Below are positions 1-14,820 of a stretch of DNA of 64,000 bases, piece by piece. Where the stretch lies: NCBI RefSeq assembly GCF_009914755.1, contig NC_060932.1; one strand, 5' to 3'. Made by a program: the position numbers and the translations under genes. Origin of the DNA: the human T2T-CHM13v2.0 reference genome, Homo sapiens. Below the pieces are notes generated by a model. It ran no database searches. It was not told the DNA's origin and worked only from the letters and a program-made list of their open reading frames with translations. Every line of letters begins with the position of its first letter. Positions within the stretch are counted from its first letter, which is position 1.

Positions 1-164
1 GTAATACATTTAGGTTATATAGAAGCAAGAACTTTGAGGACCAGTGCCTCTTACTTTCTTTTTGGATGAACAATAGAATTGATGATCAAGAAAAAACAGT
101 TCTGTACTTGGAACTCTCACCTGCTATTGGGCCAGTATGTTAGTCCAAGTAGTGTGTTAGTAAG

Positions 165-515
165 CAGAGACTGCCTAGATGCTCAGCAAACCCATTTCTT
201 CTTCCTGGAAACACTGTTAACATTTCCAACACTCTGCATTTGGATGAGGCCATGTGATTGGTTTTAGCCCAAGGAAGGTGAAAAAAAGTGATGTGTCCTT
301 CCAGGCCAAAGTGGTTAAGAACAATATCGATATACCTTCTCCATGCTTCTGTCTTCTCATCTGTCAGCTGATGACACCAGAGCAAACTTGAAACAATGTG
401 TTAAACATGGTGGAGCACAAGGTAGATGGATTCCTGAGTAACCGCCTGGAGGAGCTTCCCAGAAGAACCTCCTGACAAAGAATAACTGCAATAAAATTGA
501 CATAGGCAAGAAATA
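165..515 (+). mobile_element. Old MaLR LTR remnant (MLT1I/J-like)
   Basis: MLT1-type motifs: ggccatgtgattggttttagcc, aagtgatgtgtccttccaggcc, gattcctgagtaaccgcctggagg; edges approximate. Confidence 0.5.
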
Positions 516-1004
516 CGTGTATATATGTGCATGTGTGTGTGTGTGTACATGAAACCATTAATTATCCTCACTTACACATCTACTAATATCCTAACCATGA
601 TTTGATTCAGAAGTGTGCCCTTGCTACATTGGAAGGTGTCCTCTTATCACACATGGATGGCTTCATTTAAACCACCACTTCCATTTTGATCAGTCTGAAT
701 TTCAAAGGAACATCAAAACCATGGCTGTAATTAATTCAGTTAACTTGTATATTGTCCAAACTGGTTCTACTTAAGTAATCAAACATTCATTTTAGTTTAT
801 AACGAAATCTTAAGCTTTGTTCTTTGAAGACTCCAAACATGATGACGGGAAGTGTTGTGATCTCTAAACCCCATGAAGTCTAATCCAGGTATTCATCTTT
901 TTAACATTACATTATTGAGGCAAATCTATGCAGATTGTATTCACAGTGTGACAGTAGTAGTATTCTCTCTGCCTACAACATAAAATCCAAACATTTTAGC
1001 ATGG

Positions 1005-1517
1005 TGTGATGGTTAATTTCATGTGTCACCTTGAATGAGCCATAAAATGCCCAGATATCTAATGAAATATTATTTCTGGAGGTGTCTATGAGGGTGTTTC
1101 TGGAAGAGATTAGCATCTGAACTGGTGAACTGGGAAAAAGCAGATGGCTTTTCCCAGTGTGGGTGTGGGCATCACCGAATCATTTGAGGGTCTCAATAGA
1201 ACAAAAAGGCAGAGGAAGGCTGGACCTACTCTCCGCCTGACTGTTGAGCAGGAACATTCGATCTCCTCCTGCCTTTGGTGCCCCTGGCTCTCAGGCCCTC
1301 AGACCCAGGCTGGAATCTACACCATCAAATCTCTGGCTCTCAGGCCTGCAAACTACACCACCAGCATTCCTGGGTCTCCAGTTTATAGGCAGTAGATCAT
1401 GGGACTCCCAGCCTCCCTAATCATGTGAGCCAATACCTTATAATTTATCTCATAGATAGATAGATATACAGATATCTACTATTTGTTCTGTTTCTCTGGA
1501 GAACCTTGACTAATACA
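1005..1517 (+). mobile_element. MLT2 (ERVL) solo LTR
   Basis: Begins tgtgatggttaatttcatgtgtca and ends gttctgtttctctggagaaccttgactaataca; 5-bp TSD catgg (1000-1004) / cgtgg (1518-1522). Confidence 0.9.
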
Positions 1518-2984
1518 CGTGGCACTCAAGATTCTTTACAATCTGATCCCAATGTGCCTTTCCAGCATTGATTTCTCAAGACTACATTTATGCTCCTTGT
1601 ATTCCAGCAAAAATTAAATTTTGCTATTTTATTACCTTCAGTATAACTATGATTGTTAGGCAACATTTCTAATGATCCTAAAACCATTATGCCAAGCATA
1701 TTAGTATTTCTCAAACTAATATTATAGGAAAGCTTTCAGGAAATACTAGTTCCAGGAAAAGAAAAAAAAAAAAACAACAACTTCTTTCCTGCTCATGTAA
1801 ATTGGTTTGCTTATTTAACACAATTAAATAGATGTCAGTTTGCCTTTAAAAAAAGTTCTCAATATGTTAACATTTAATCAAAATCTCTGGCATTTCCCCA
1901 AACTTATTGCTTTTAGGGCCCTTTTTCCCATATTGACATCCGCAGAGCACAGCTTGATTTCTCAGCAGTTTCTGAGCCGCCCCAGGACACCTTCTCTCCA
2001 GGCCCGTCTTCATGCTGTTCCTTTTTGGGCAAATCCCCCTCCATTCTCTCAACCTCTGTCTCCATGGATCTGGGGCTAAAGCTTCCCCAGCCTTCAAGGT
2101 TCAACTCTTTACCTCTCCTGTACAGCTTTCCTTGGAGTCCCCACCCCTCTGCTCGGCTTCCCACTGCTTCTCCATTAGTGTCCTCCTCACATTCTACCTT
2201 GTTTAACTCTACCATTCACCTTTTACCTCCCTCACTAACTGGTAAGGTCTTTAAAGCAAAAACCAAATATTAGTTCTTTGTCAGTGTGCCGGCATACAAC
2301 ATTATGACACAGTATATGCTCAATAATTTTTTTTGCTGTAATGATTGACACTTCAAAGCATAAATCAACCAAGCCGAACTTCTAGTGATCTAACACATAT
2401 GGTTTGGCTTTTGCACTTATTGAGTGACCCTAAAAGTTTGCAATATTCAATATAGACTGGTATGCCATGTCAAGGCCAAGTTTCCTTAAGCAATCACTGG
2501 CAAGTGATGCCGTGGGATATAGGTGAAAAAATAATGTCAGTGCCTCATTATTTTAGCTTAATATATTTCTGGCTAAGAAGTAATTTCATGAGTCACCAAC
2601 TTCTTTTCTATGGCACCAGTAGCTATCTTACACAATATAATAATGGAAAACTGTCATTTGAAGCAGCAACAAAGGAAAGATCAAGTTCTGACCCATGCTG
2701 AGGTTTTGGAACAGTTGGGCTTTCTGCAAGCCAGGTTGACATGGTGGGGAATGTTTTTTCTGGCCCTGACTACCAAGTCTTCAAAAAGAAGAGCTCACAT
2801 TTTCCCCTACCCTTCAATCAGGCTAATGATTTAACAGCCGTTCTAATTCAATAACCCAGTTGGTATTTATTGAGCCCAGCACAATCACCTGTGTTTGCCA
2901 GTTGCTTTTAAGAAAGGTAGTTCCAAAAAAAAAATAGTAATATGAAGAGATATGCAAAAGGCCCCTGGGGCAAAGCCTGCTATT

Positions 2985-3400
2985 TGTCTATAATACCCTT
3001 GTTCCTGTTCCTTATTGGAAACAACACTCTAATTTTATTGGCGGCAGGAATGCACTCAGCTAAAATTCCAAGTTTCCTCATCTCCTTCTTAATTAGACAT
3101 AGCCATGAGACAAATGTTGGCCAATGATGGGTAGCAGAGCATGAGGGCCTTCCAGGAGGATTACTTAAAAAGAGCAGACTCAGCCAGGAAGGTTCATTCC
3201 TTTTGCCCTTCTTCCCATCCTCTGTCATGTTACCTGGGATGCTGCTCTTATAGTTGGAGCTCTGACAGCAGTCTTGAGCCATGAAGTAATCTTGAGATGG
3301 AAGCCCTGAAGCAGAAAGATAGAAGGAGGCTGGCTTCTTAATGATCCTATAAGGCTATGCCTACTCCGGCTTTCTTTTACATAAGATTTAAAATAAATTG
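2985..3400 (+). mobile_element. Degenerate old MaLR LTR (MLT1-family)
   Basis: agccatgagacaaatgttggccaatga, ggagctctgacagcagtcttgagccatga, agcagaaagatagaaggaggctgg resemble old MLT1 LTRs. Confidence 0.45.
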
Positions 3401-3429
3401 TTGCTTAAAGGTTTCTATTATAAAAAGTC

Positions 3430-4109
3430 TGTCTTAGTCTATCCAAGCTGCTGTAACAAAATACCACAGACTGGGTGGCTTAAGCAACAGAAGGCTAGAA
3501 ATCTAAGGGCAGGGTGCCGGGATGGCCAGGTGCTCACAAGGGCCCCATTTTCCTGCCATGCAAAGAGCTGCCTCCTCACTGTGTCCTCACATAGCAGAAA
3601 GAGAAAACAGATCTCTCCTCTCTTTGCCTCTTCTTCTTTTTTTTTTTTTTTTGAGAGGGACTCTTGCTCTGTCGCCAGGCTGGAGTGCAGTGGCACCATC
3701 TCGGCTCACTGCAACGCCACCTCCTGGGCTCAAGCAATTCTCCTGCCTCAGCCTCCGGAGCAGCTGGGACTACAGGCACACGCCACCATGCCCGGCTAAT
3801 TTTTTTTTTTTTTTGTATTTTAGTAGAGACAGGGTTTCACCATGTTGCCCAGGCTGGTCTCGAACATCCTGAGCTCAGGTCATCTGCCCACCTCGGCCTC
3901 CCAAAGTGCTAGGATTACAGGCTTGAGCCACTTGTGCCCGGCCTCTTTTCTTCTTCTTGTAAGGCCACCAATACTAATAGATTAAGAGCCCACGCTTATG
4001 TCCTCATTTAACCTTAATTATCTCCTAAAAGCCCTATCTCCAAATACAATCACATTAGGGTTAGAGCTTCCACATGAATCTGGGGGCAAACAAAATTCAG
4101 TCTGCTTCA
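3430..4109 (-). mobile_element. MLT1A/B-type MaLR solo LTR split by an Alu
   Basis: Starts tgtcttagtc...gctgctgtaacaaaataccacagactgggtggctta; resumes after the Alu with cctcatttaaccttaattatctcctaaaagccctatctccaaatac. Confidence 0.85.
3637..3943 (-). mobile_element. AluS
   Basis: Poly-T followed by a full reverse-complement Alu dimer ending cccggcc. Confidence 0.95.
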
Positions 4110-4539
4110 GAGCCCATCCACGTCAGAACCTGGCAGGTTTATGGTCCACACATTAAAGTAAATCTCAGACAAATACTGTCTTGTCCAGAAAGTTAACTCA
4201 ATGCTCCCTGTGCATTCTGTCTACTTACAATTGTTCTTTTCCCTTGTTCTGGGGTTGCTCATTTCTCCCCCTAACTGCATCATACCCCTTCATTTAGGCA
4301 ACCACCTAGATTTACCTGCTTGCTTCTAGATTCCAGTCTCCTAGATGTCAGCCTTATTCACAGTTCTTCTCTCTACATGCTGCCATGTGTTTGGAATCTC
4401 CTGATATCTCAGATGAGAAAAACTGTCTAACATAGCCTCTAACATTGTACAAACCCTACTGGCAAAGCTGGAACTGTGGCCTAAATACCGCTCTAAAGGG
4501 AAAAAATTCTAGATGTCTGTGGATGGACAGGTAGATGCC

Positions 4540-4612
4540 AAGGCTTCCACATACAATTGTACAAGTTGTGCACTGCACCATTCTAAGTGGTGCCATTCAC
4601 ATCATAAGCGAA
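4540..4612. mobile_element. MER91-like hAT-Tip100 half element
   Basis: gttgtgcactgcaccattctaagtggtgccattcacat resembles one arm of the palindromic MER91 consensus. Confidence 0.5.
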
Positions 4613-4899
4613 CACTCATCTCACTCATCTATGCATGATCTATGCTGTATAAGTAGCCTGGTACCCACTGCTAAGCAGTCAGAAGTCAGAGTGCAACCAG
4701 CTGTGCTGCTGGGCCCTCTGGACCACTGAGAAAGGAGGAAAAGAGAGCAGAGATGAATTATCAATGTCTACCATGGGAGCACTGATAACTGAGAATGGGA
4801 GGAGTGAATATAATCAGCATGCAGGTATGAACAGTTGTAAGGTAGGATATGGAAGAAAATCATTGTCATTCTTACTGATAATAACAATTGTATGTCATT

Positions 4900-5065
4900 A
4901 TCATAGCACATTCATCTAAGTTTTCTCACTTAACACTCACAATCTCCTTTATAGAAATTATTATTAATATAATTTAATAGATGAGGAAATGAAGACTCAT
5001 AGTTAGATGACTTTCCTAAAATTTATTGGCCCAGAAGAGGAAGAGCAGTGCTTAAACCCAGGGTT
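4900..5065 (-). mobile_element. MIR fragment
   Basis: agatgaggaaatgaagactca...atgactttcctaa core in reverse orientation. Confidence 0.6.
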
Positions 5066-5923
5066 TCCTTTTCCCCGACTGTGTTCTCTCTATCATGTGC
5101 TCACACATTGATGGTTTAGGAGCTAAGTATATTCTCATCCTCATTTTATTCTTAAGGAAAATAGAAAAACAGTTAGTTTCATGCATTTGTCCAAGGAAAA
5201 TGGGAGAATCTGAACTCTGAGCCAAAATCTGACTCTGGATCCTGGGCTTGTTTCACCACCAGCATGTTACATTTCTCAAAGCATCCTTGCCCACTTGATC
5301 TTCTGCTAATACACTTGACCCCAATCCCAGTGCTGCTTTTTTTTTCCACTATGGAAAGAGCATCCTAAAAACAGTTGAACTATAAAGAACACAGGAGCCT
5401 AGTACAGATGAGAAATGTGATTTAGACACATATTCAGAGCCCACGAGCCCACCTTCCATTCTCAGCTGGCTAGCCATGTTTGCTGGGTGTGTACTGGCTG
5501 CTCAGCACAACTGCGGGCACAGATCCATGCCACTGAGAAAAACACTCTACCAGGGAGACCAGAGCCAATCAGTGCAGTCTGGAGCCAACTTTAATTAGCC
5601 AATAAATGCTGCCTGGAGGACCATGTTGCAACCAACTTGTAAGACATTATCCAGTTCAGGGGAAAAGAGGGCAGAGAGGGATTATCAATGCCTGCTATGG
5701 GGACTTTGATAATTGAGAGTGGGGAGGGGTGGGTATTGTTAGCCTACAGGCTTGATGACCCAAGTACGTAAGGATGGAATGATTTCTAAGGCACACAAAC
5801 TAAAAGCAGAGTGCAAGACTCAGGACTATCTCTAGGAAGGGTCGGACAATTACACTGTAACCAGGAAATCACTCCCTTCTTCTCTCCTCTGTCTTCTCCC
5901 TATACCTCCAAACAGTCACAGAC

Positions 5924-5925
<2 letters not shown>

Positions 5926-5972
<47 letters not shown>

Positions 5973-5973
5973 C
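5926..5973. repeat. (CA)n microsatellite
   Basis: About 23 CA units with one CG interruption. Confidence 0.98.
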
Positions 5974-6452
5974 TCCTATGAAGCCAGGTCAAATGGAGGT
6001 TAGGAAGACATCAAAGAACAAACAACATAACACAATGGTTATGTGTAGGAGGAGATGTGTTTGAATAGGAAACTAGGGTGGTCCTGCCAGCTTTGCCTTT
6101 GTTAGGAGCTTATTAGAGGAAGATAATTTTAGAACTGAAACATTGATATTTGACATGACAGAGATAGAATCTGGGGTAGGCCAGGAGAGCAAGATCAGAC
6201 TTTGAGATCTAAGAAGTGCCTGAAGATTGAACAGCAGGGTCAGAGCTATCACTCACAAACAGCACTAATTGCTCCAGTCAAAATTTTACCACTTTCACTT
6301 AACATGTGCTTATAAGGCTGAGGCAAGTACCCAGACCACATATCTGGGTAAGGACAGAGGACAAGCAAAGGAGGCTTCAGGAAAAAAAAAAATGTGGGAA
6401 ATGCTTTTCCCAGATCAGTTTTTGTGTTTGTTTGTTTGGTTGTTGGTTGGCT

Positions 6453-6502
6453 GGTTTGGTTTGGTTTGGTTTGGTTTGGTTTGGTTTGGTTTGGTTTGGT
6501 TT
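6453..6502. repeat. (GGTTT)n pentanucleotide microsatellite
   Basis: About 10 perfect GGTTT units; explains the GLVWF and TKPNQ ORFs. Confidence 0.97.
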
Positions 6503-6572
6503 TTTTGGTCCAGGTCCCTGTCTTAGCAGTTCTTGTCTCGGGAACACGGCCTTTGACACCAGAGACTTTTGA

Positions 6573-7059
<487 letters not shown>

Positions 7060-7181
7060 AATACTTTTAAAATACTAGCGTGAAAGCCACTTCTTTTCTC
7101 CTGACAGCTGCCACCTGCCACCCAGAGTCACCATCCAGCTTCTCAAGATGGCTCGGCATGTGTGGAGTCTCCTGGGGACCA

Positions 7182-7600
7182 GTGTATCAGACAGGATTAG
7201 GTTTGGCTGCGTATAACAGAGAAGCTAAAAGTAAGTGTGCATATTGCTCACTAATGAAAAAGAAGTCAACAGTACATAGTCTAGGGACGGCATATAAGGA
7301 ACACAAAGTTGTCTGGGACTCAGGCTCCTACTATTGTGCCAGACTACCAAATCTGGAGGGTAGCTCAGGTTTTCATCGTCCAAGATGCTCTGCTAGAGCT
7401 CCAACCTACACGTATGGCAGTAGAGGGGAGGTAAAGTTTAAAAATAAAAAAAGGTATACTTCTTCCTTTTAAGAATACTTCCTGTGTTCACTCACAGCTC
7501 TTATCTCATTGGTCAAAACTGAAGTCAATCAAAAGCTTCCATCCCAATTGCAAAGGCAAATGGGGGAGGTAGTCATTTAATTATTGTCAATATGCCATCT
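7182..7600 (-). mobile_element. Old MaLR LTR remnant (MLT1K/L-like)
   Basis: Starts tgtatcagacaggattaggtttggctgcgtataacaga; later tctcattggtcaaaact...caattgcaaaggcaaatggg. Confidence 0.5.
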
Positions 7601-8034
7601 CCTTAATAATGAGAGGAAAACAAAGCTAGAGAAACAATGCGATTTCTGCCATACCCAGGGCCAGTCTCCAGGTGACAGGAAATGGAAAAGAGAAGACAAA
7701 TGAGTAAGTCAGAGAAGACTCATGCCCTGATGGCATTTGAAGCCAGAAGACATGAGTTAGCACAAAGGAGAAAGGAGAGAGTTTTGCACGAAGGCATTCT
7801 CATAGGCAAAGGCCTAAAGGAGGGGATATTAAAAGCTAATATAATAGGAGAAACAGTTACTGGGCCAATGGTGATGGAGAACAGCCTAGGGAACCAGGTA
7901 TACAGGTAGAATGGGAGAGGCGTTTGATCACCTATCAAGACCTAATCTCTTAGTTTTTTGCATCATTTCAACATTTATTGTATGCCTACTTTGTGACAAA
8001 AGCTACACCTACTTGAGTAAGAAAGAATGAAATA

Positions 8035-8456
<422 letters not shown>

Positions 8457-8553
8457 CTAGGGAGGCACCAAGAAGAGGCACTTAACACACACTTAGAAGG
8501 TCAAGGAAAGCAGAGGCCACCTGTAGAAAATGCTAGGGATAAAAAAAAGCCAT

Positions 8554-8810
8554 TAGCACAGGGTTAAGGTAGAGGCTCTGTGTCTGCTTTGCCAGGTTCA
8601 AATCCTAGCTCCACTTCTTAAGAGCTGTGTATCCTGGTAAGGCATTTATTATCTCTGCACCCCAACCTTCTGATCAATAAGGTAGGGATCCTAATGGTGA
8701 TAGTGGCACCTATTTGCTAGGATTGCTAAAAAGATCAAAGGAGATACTCCACATGAAGTCCTTAGCATGGATCTGGCATCAAAATAAGTGCTCTGTATAG
8801 ATGAGCTGTT
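8554..8810 (+). mobile_element. MIR, near full length
   Basis: gggttaag...ggttcaaatcctagctccactt...agctgtgt...ccttagcatggatctggca...taagtgctc. Confidence 0.75.
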
Positions 8811-9560
8811 AATAAGAAGATTATTACCAATGCTAAGAGCTAAGAATAAGTAGGAACTTGTGGAGAATAAGAAAAAAAGAGATCCAAACAGAAGAAACAA
8901 CTTCTTCAAAAGGCCCAAGTCACAGAGAATCAGAAGGGGCACAGGTGGGGAATCTGAGAGAGGAAGCTGAGGAGGTGAGCATAACAGGTCATGCAGAGAG
9001 TTTCGGGCCAGGTAAAGGCATCTGGATTTTAACCAAGAGCAATATAGGACATCATTAGAGCAGGGAAGCTGACATAATCAGGCTTCCAGCTTAGAAAGAT
9101 CACTCTCACTACCACAGCATGAATAGATTGACTAGAGGCAACCTGGAAGGCCAGGTGCTGATCAGGAGACAGTCATGGTAATCCTGATGGCAGATATTGC
9201 ACCAGACATAATTATTAATAAAAGCTACTTTTATTCTTTAAAATGTCCTTATTTGGAAGATAAATTATGGCACCACTGAATAACATCCCATTTATACAAC
9301 CCTATTAGGACAACAGGCAGAAAACTGGGACTCTTCCACCAGCCAAATCAAGCCATATAGTCACTCATCTTTCTGACACACACACATATAAGAATCCCCT
9401 ATCCACAATGGCAAGTAGTCTCACTGGGACTGTCAGTGCAAGTGCCAGACAGTAAACCCATGATTCAAGGTAGGATGGCTGAACTCAGGTCTTTGAACTT
9501 GACCAGAAATGACAGAAAAACCCTAAACACCAGAAAGAGCACATTCAGTCCAGCATCTTC

Positions 9561-9711
9561 TCCCAGTTATACCATCAAAGCATCCTGATTCCTAGACTCA
9601 TGGCACCATTGTTGTTTCTGTTCCTTTATAAACCTACTTCTCCCCTCCCACCAATTCTGTGAGCTACCTGATGCCATTGCAATATATTCCTTTTGTGCTG
9701 TTAAAAATCCT
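9561..9711 (+). repeat. 151-bp segment (3' part of an old LTR), donor of the copy at 12589-12739
   Basis: Ungapped match to 12589-12739, about 19 mismatches by eye. Confidence 0.9.
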
Positions 9712-9835
9712 AATTGATAGAATTATAATCAGCTTTAAAACACATAATTCTGACTCTAAATTCTACCTCTGACATTGACTAACTCTGTGTCTTTGGCCTT
9801 AGTTTTCTCATCTATAAAAATAATATAATGCATAC

Positions 9836-10185
9836 TGTCTTAATCTGTTTTGTGTTACTATAACAGAAAAACACAGACTGCTTGATTTATTTTTTAAAAA
9901 GAAATTTATTTCTTACTCTTCTGGAGGCTGGGAAGTCCAAGGTCAAAGAGCCACATCTGGCAAAGGCCTTCTTGCTGCATCATCCATGGCAGGAAATAAA
10001 AGGGCAAGAGAGGGCAGGAGAGCAAGATATCATACTTGGAGCCACAGGCCCCTTTATAGTCAGCATTAACCCATTTATGAAGATGGAGCATGAACACCTC
10101 CCATTAGGCCCCACCTCCCAATACTGTTGCACTGAGGATTAAGTTTCCAACACATGCTTTTGGGAGGATATATTAAACCATAGCA
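9836..10185 (-). mobile_element. MST-type MaLR solo LTR inserted in a MIR
   Basis: tgtcttaatctgttttgtgttactataacag ... aaaccatagca; TSD catac / tatac; MIR sequence on both flanks. Confidence 0.85.
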
Positions 10186-10331
10186 TATACCTTATAACAT
10201 TGTTTTAGAAATAAATGAGATGATATATGCCAAGCACCTGGCTCAGTACCTGCTTCAAGAGTAAGCCATCAGCTAATATTAATTTTTTTTCAATCTTGCT
10301 TTCAGTTAATATTATGTAGATTTGGTTTTGA

Positions 10332-10678
<347 letters not shown>

Positions 10679-10786
10679 GGAGTTAAGCCAAGATGCATCA
10701 TGAGGTCCAACTGAGATTCATTTGTACTCCTGAAAAAGTATAAGGAAAATAATAGGTGAATAGAATATTAAGTGTAATGTCTCTTT

Positions 10787-11550
10787 CAGTAAGAATAGTC
10801 TAGGTTGTGCTGCAGTAACAAACAATCCCAAAATCTCAGTGGCTTTTAACAACAAATGTTTATTTCTTGCTCACACTACATTTTCATTCTGAGTTGGGAG
10901 GGTGCTTGGCTCCTGTGCATCCTCACCTAGTGTGTCAGCCAGGGAAACAGAACTCATGGGGTATATACATGGAAAGAGATTTATTTTAAGGAATTGGTTC
11001 ACATGGTTGTGAAGCTGAGAAGTCTCAAATCTGTAGGACACACCAGCAGGCTGGAAATTCATGCAGGGATTCTATCTTGCAGTCTTGATAAGAATTTTTT
11101 TCTCTTTGGGAAACTTTGGTCTTTGTTCTTAAAGCCTTCAACTGATTAGATGAGGCCTATCCACGTTATGGAGTATCGCCTGCTCAAATTTTACTGATTT
11201 AAATGTTAATCTTATCTAAAAGTACCTTCACAGCAACATCTGGACTGGTTCTTGACCAAACAACTGGACCCAATAGCCTAGCCAAGTTGACATAAAATTA
11301 ACCGTCACACCCCAGCTAAAGAATCAACTACCATCTCAAATGTTGCCTATCATTGTGACAAAGGGGAAAAGAACATGGCAAATCACACTGGCTGTTAACA
11401 TTTCCTCCCAGAACTGATACATTTCACTTTCACTCACAGTTCATTGACCACAGCAAGTCATACAGCCTAATATTAATGAGGTCAAAAAGTACAGTCTTAG
11501 CATGGGCCCAGAATAGAGCCAAAATATGAATGGCCTTAATGAATACCACA
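10787..11550 (-). mobile_element. Old MLT1 LTR hosting an MLT2
   Basis: gtctaggttgtgctgcagtaacaaacaatcccaaaatctcagtggct on the left; tcattgaccacagcaagtca on the right. Confidence 0.6.
10931..11309 (-). mobile_element. MLT2 (ERVL) solo LTR
   Basis: agagatttattttaaggaattggttcacatgg ... gcctagccaagttgacataaaattaaccgtcaca. Confidence 0.85.
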
Positions 11551-12494
11551 GTGTCATAATCTCATTTTAATTTTTAAAAATCATGCCATCTCCCTTAGTC
11601 CTTCCCTTTTTTACTGTGTTGGCCGAAGCTTTCTGTGTTCATAGTACACAGAGATTCCCCTGAAGGAAGATGGGACAAGGGAGAGCCATTGATAGAAACA
11701 TCTCTCACTAGGCTTCTTACCACAGGGCTCTCAGCCTCTGAGAGTCTAATCAGAGAGGGGCCCATGAGGTTTTGAATTGTCCACTGTGAAAAGCAGCAGC
11801 ACCTTCTACTCTGCATATCATTCCAGAGTTTGTCCTGTACATTGAGAACCTGTGAGACAGAGGATCATATTTCTTGCAGACAACAGGCAGAAATGGTGCA
11901 GATGGAAGAGGCATCTAAGTTATGATTTCTGAAAGGATTTTCAAACGTCTTTATCCTGCTCTGGGGCTTGTGCCAGATTTCCCTCCTGTGTTCGTCTAGG
12001 GGAATTTTCATAGTCAATTTATATAAAACAAGGATCTGTCCCTTGGTGCACAGTCAGCTCAGGGAGTAGCCACTTTCCCACCTTCTGCTTCCAAAAAGTA
12101 GATTGGTCGATTTATTTTATCCTGCTGAGGCAGCCAAGCTGAATTAGCATCACTGGGTGCAAATAACCTGGGCTTCTCTTCAAAAAGAAAAGAAAAAAGT
12201 CACCTCGTTGCTAAAGGCATGCAAAAGTTGCGCTAATTGCTTTCTACTCAATCCCCTTGTTGGCAATAGACAGCCTGGAGAACCCGCTGAGAAGGGCGTA
12301 GACACATGTCAGTGCCCATGTGATACCCGGGCAATAAGGGTCTGCATTCAGAGATGTGCTGAAGATCACATGAGCTAATGACACCTGTGAAGTATTTAGC
12401 ACAGTGCCTCGCCACAGCCTTGCTCAGTGGATGACAAAAGTTCTTATGGGCAATTTTGCTCTGGGGCTGCATGTACCTGCTCAGGGCTGGGCCC

Positions 12495-12890
12495 CTAGAG
12501 GCAGGTAATCCAGAGCTTGACTCCAGACTCAGCTACTCAGTAATCGTGGGACCCCAGGCAAGTTACTTAACCTCTCTACACTTCCATTTCCCAATTACAC
12601 CACCGAAGCATCCTGATTCCTAGACCCGTGGCACCATTGTTGTATCTGTACTTTTATAAACCTAGTTCTCCCTTCTCATCAGTTCTGTGAGCTACTTGAT
12701 GCCATTGCAATACATTCTTTTTCTGCTATTAAAAATCCTCAATGTCATGGCAATACATCCCTTTTCTGCTGTTAAACATCATTCATAGTGATTTCCCCCC
12801 ACCCCAAAATAGAAATAAACATAGTGCACAGCACATAAGATTATTGTGAGGATGAAAAATTGACATAAACAAAGCACTTAGCAGAGCGAC
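12495..12890 (+). mobile_element. MIR interrupted by a templated insertion
   Basis: ggcaagttacttaacctctct before about 12590; aaaatagaaata...ttattgtgaggat...aaagcacttagca after about 12805. Confidence 0.75.
12589..12780 (+). repeat. Copy of 9561-9711 plus a second partial re-copy (12742-12780)
   Basis: Direct sequence comparison. Confidence 0.9.
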
Positions 12891-13171
12891 TACATTCATG
12901 TGTAATCTGTTCTATTAGCCCCAGCTAACAAGGGAGTCAGGACCCCAGCTCGACTGTGGTTCCTCTGCTCAGTTCTTTTCAAAATGGCACCATCTTTTTA
13001 AGGACAGTAGTCTTCAAATTCTGCCCAAGGAGCCTAGGTACCTCTGAAGAGGGATGGGGAAAGTGAGACAGACAGGGCCTCACACTTCCTGTCACCAGAA
13101 AAGTCCTGCTTTGATCTGTTCCAAAAATGCAGATGCTGCGCACAGTTTTACTCTCCAAAAGTGCTCCTGTG

Positions 13172-13571
<400 letters not shown>

Positions 13572-14664
13572 TTATTCTCGATTCTTTTATCCATTTATTC
13601 ATTTTGTTTATTAATGCGTACGTTTTTTGGCCAGGCCCCCAGGGTTATAGCCTTAAACAAACAACACAGTCCCTGGGGGCCTGCAGGTCATTTTCCAGGC
13701 AGACATAGACACAGAGACAGGCCAAGGTAACCCAAGTGTTAGAAGCCTCATACTGGAGGCAAGTACACGATGCTGAAGGAAAAGAAACCATCCAAAAATC
13801 TTTGGGGGTCAAGAGAGATTTCTAGGGAGAATGGTGTAGAAACTGAAAGCTAAAGGGCTGGTATGGAGGATGGGAGAAGAAGAGGGGGCAATTTTTCTAG
13901 GTAGAGGCCGAAAGGTAAGAGAGAACATAAGAAATACAGGAATAATTGCCCAGCAATTGGGAATGCCAACAGATAGCACAAAGGAGAAACAAAGTACCCC
14001 AAAACATAAGGATCCAAGACCCAGCTAAAGCCTCTCCTATCCGGATAGATGTTTCACGTGCAGCAGATCAGGATGTAAATTCACTTAATGATTCCAGCCA
14101 AGAACCTGGCATCCCAATATGTCCCTTCCAAGGAACAGTGTCCTAAATGGTTCTTGGTCGATTTCATGAAGGAAAACTCTTTTGCGGCTCGGGCTTGAAG
14201 GCACACACTGGGAACAGGCAAGCGTGGGCACCCCAGGAGAACCCTGCCTGGGAAAACACTGTGGCTGATGCAGCTTTCTCCTGCCTCTCTCAGCAGAGCT
14301 TGTGTCACTCGCTCCCTGGAGGGGCAACTTCTTGAATGAAATCACTGAGCGGTGGAGAGGAGGTCTTTGTAAGGCTTTTAAAGTCAAGCTCTTCCCCAGG
14401 CTGGGATTGGGAAATGCAAAATTTGCTGATTGAATTCAAGCTTCTCCGAGCAGGTGCAACAAGTGTGAATGTTCTCAGATTGTGAACAAGGCCATGACTA
14501 ATTCTCACTTCATGTACCCAGCCTCCAAGCCAAGAGCCACAGGTTCACTTCTTCATGAATCCCCGTGAAAAGCAAATGCAATCCTCCCCTCTGGTAGGAG
14601 CCTGGGCATGAAGTCAAGGTGGAGAAGGCTCGTTATCTTAATGGTGTTGAGATCATAATTACAA

Positions 14665-14820
14665 TAATAGTAACAAATAATATTTACTGAGCACATACTC
14701 TGTGCCAGGTACTGTTATAAGCACTTTGCATAAATTAAACTAACTCATCTCAGAAACCCTGAAGCCAATAATACTACTATCCCAATTTTACAAAAACAAA
14801 AAGATGTCCAGAAAGGTTAT
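14665..14820 (-). mobile_element. MIR fragment
   Basis: atttactgagcacatactctgtgccaggtactgttataagcactttgca...tatcccaattttaca. Confidence 0.7.
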
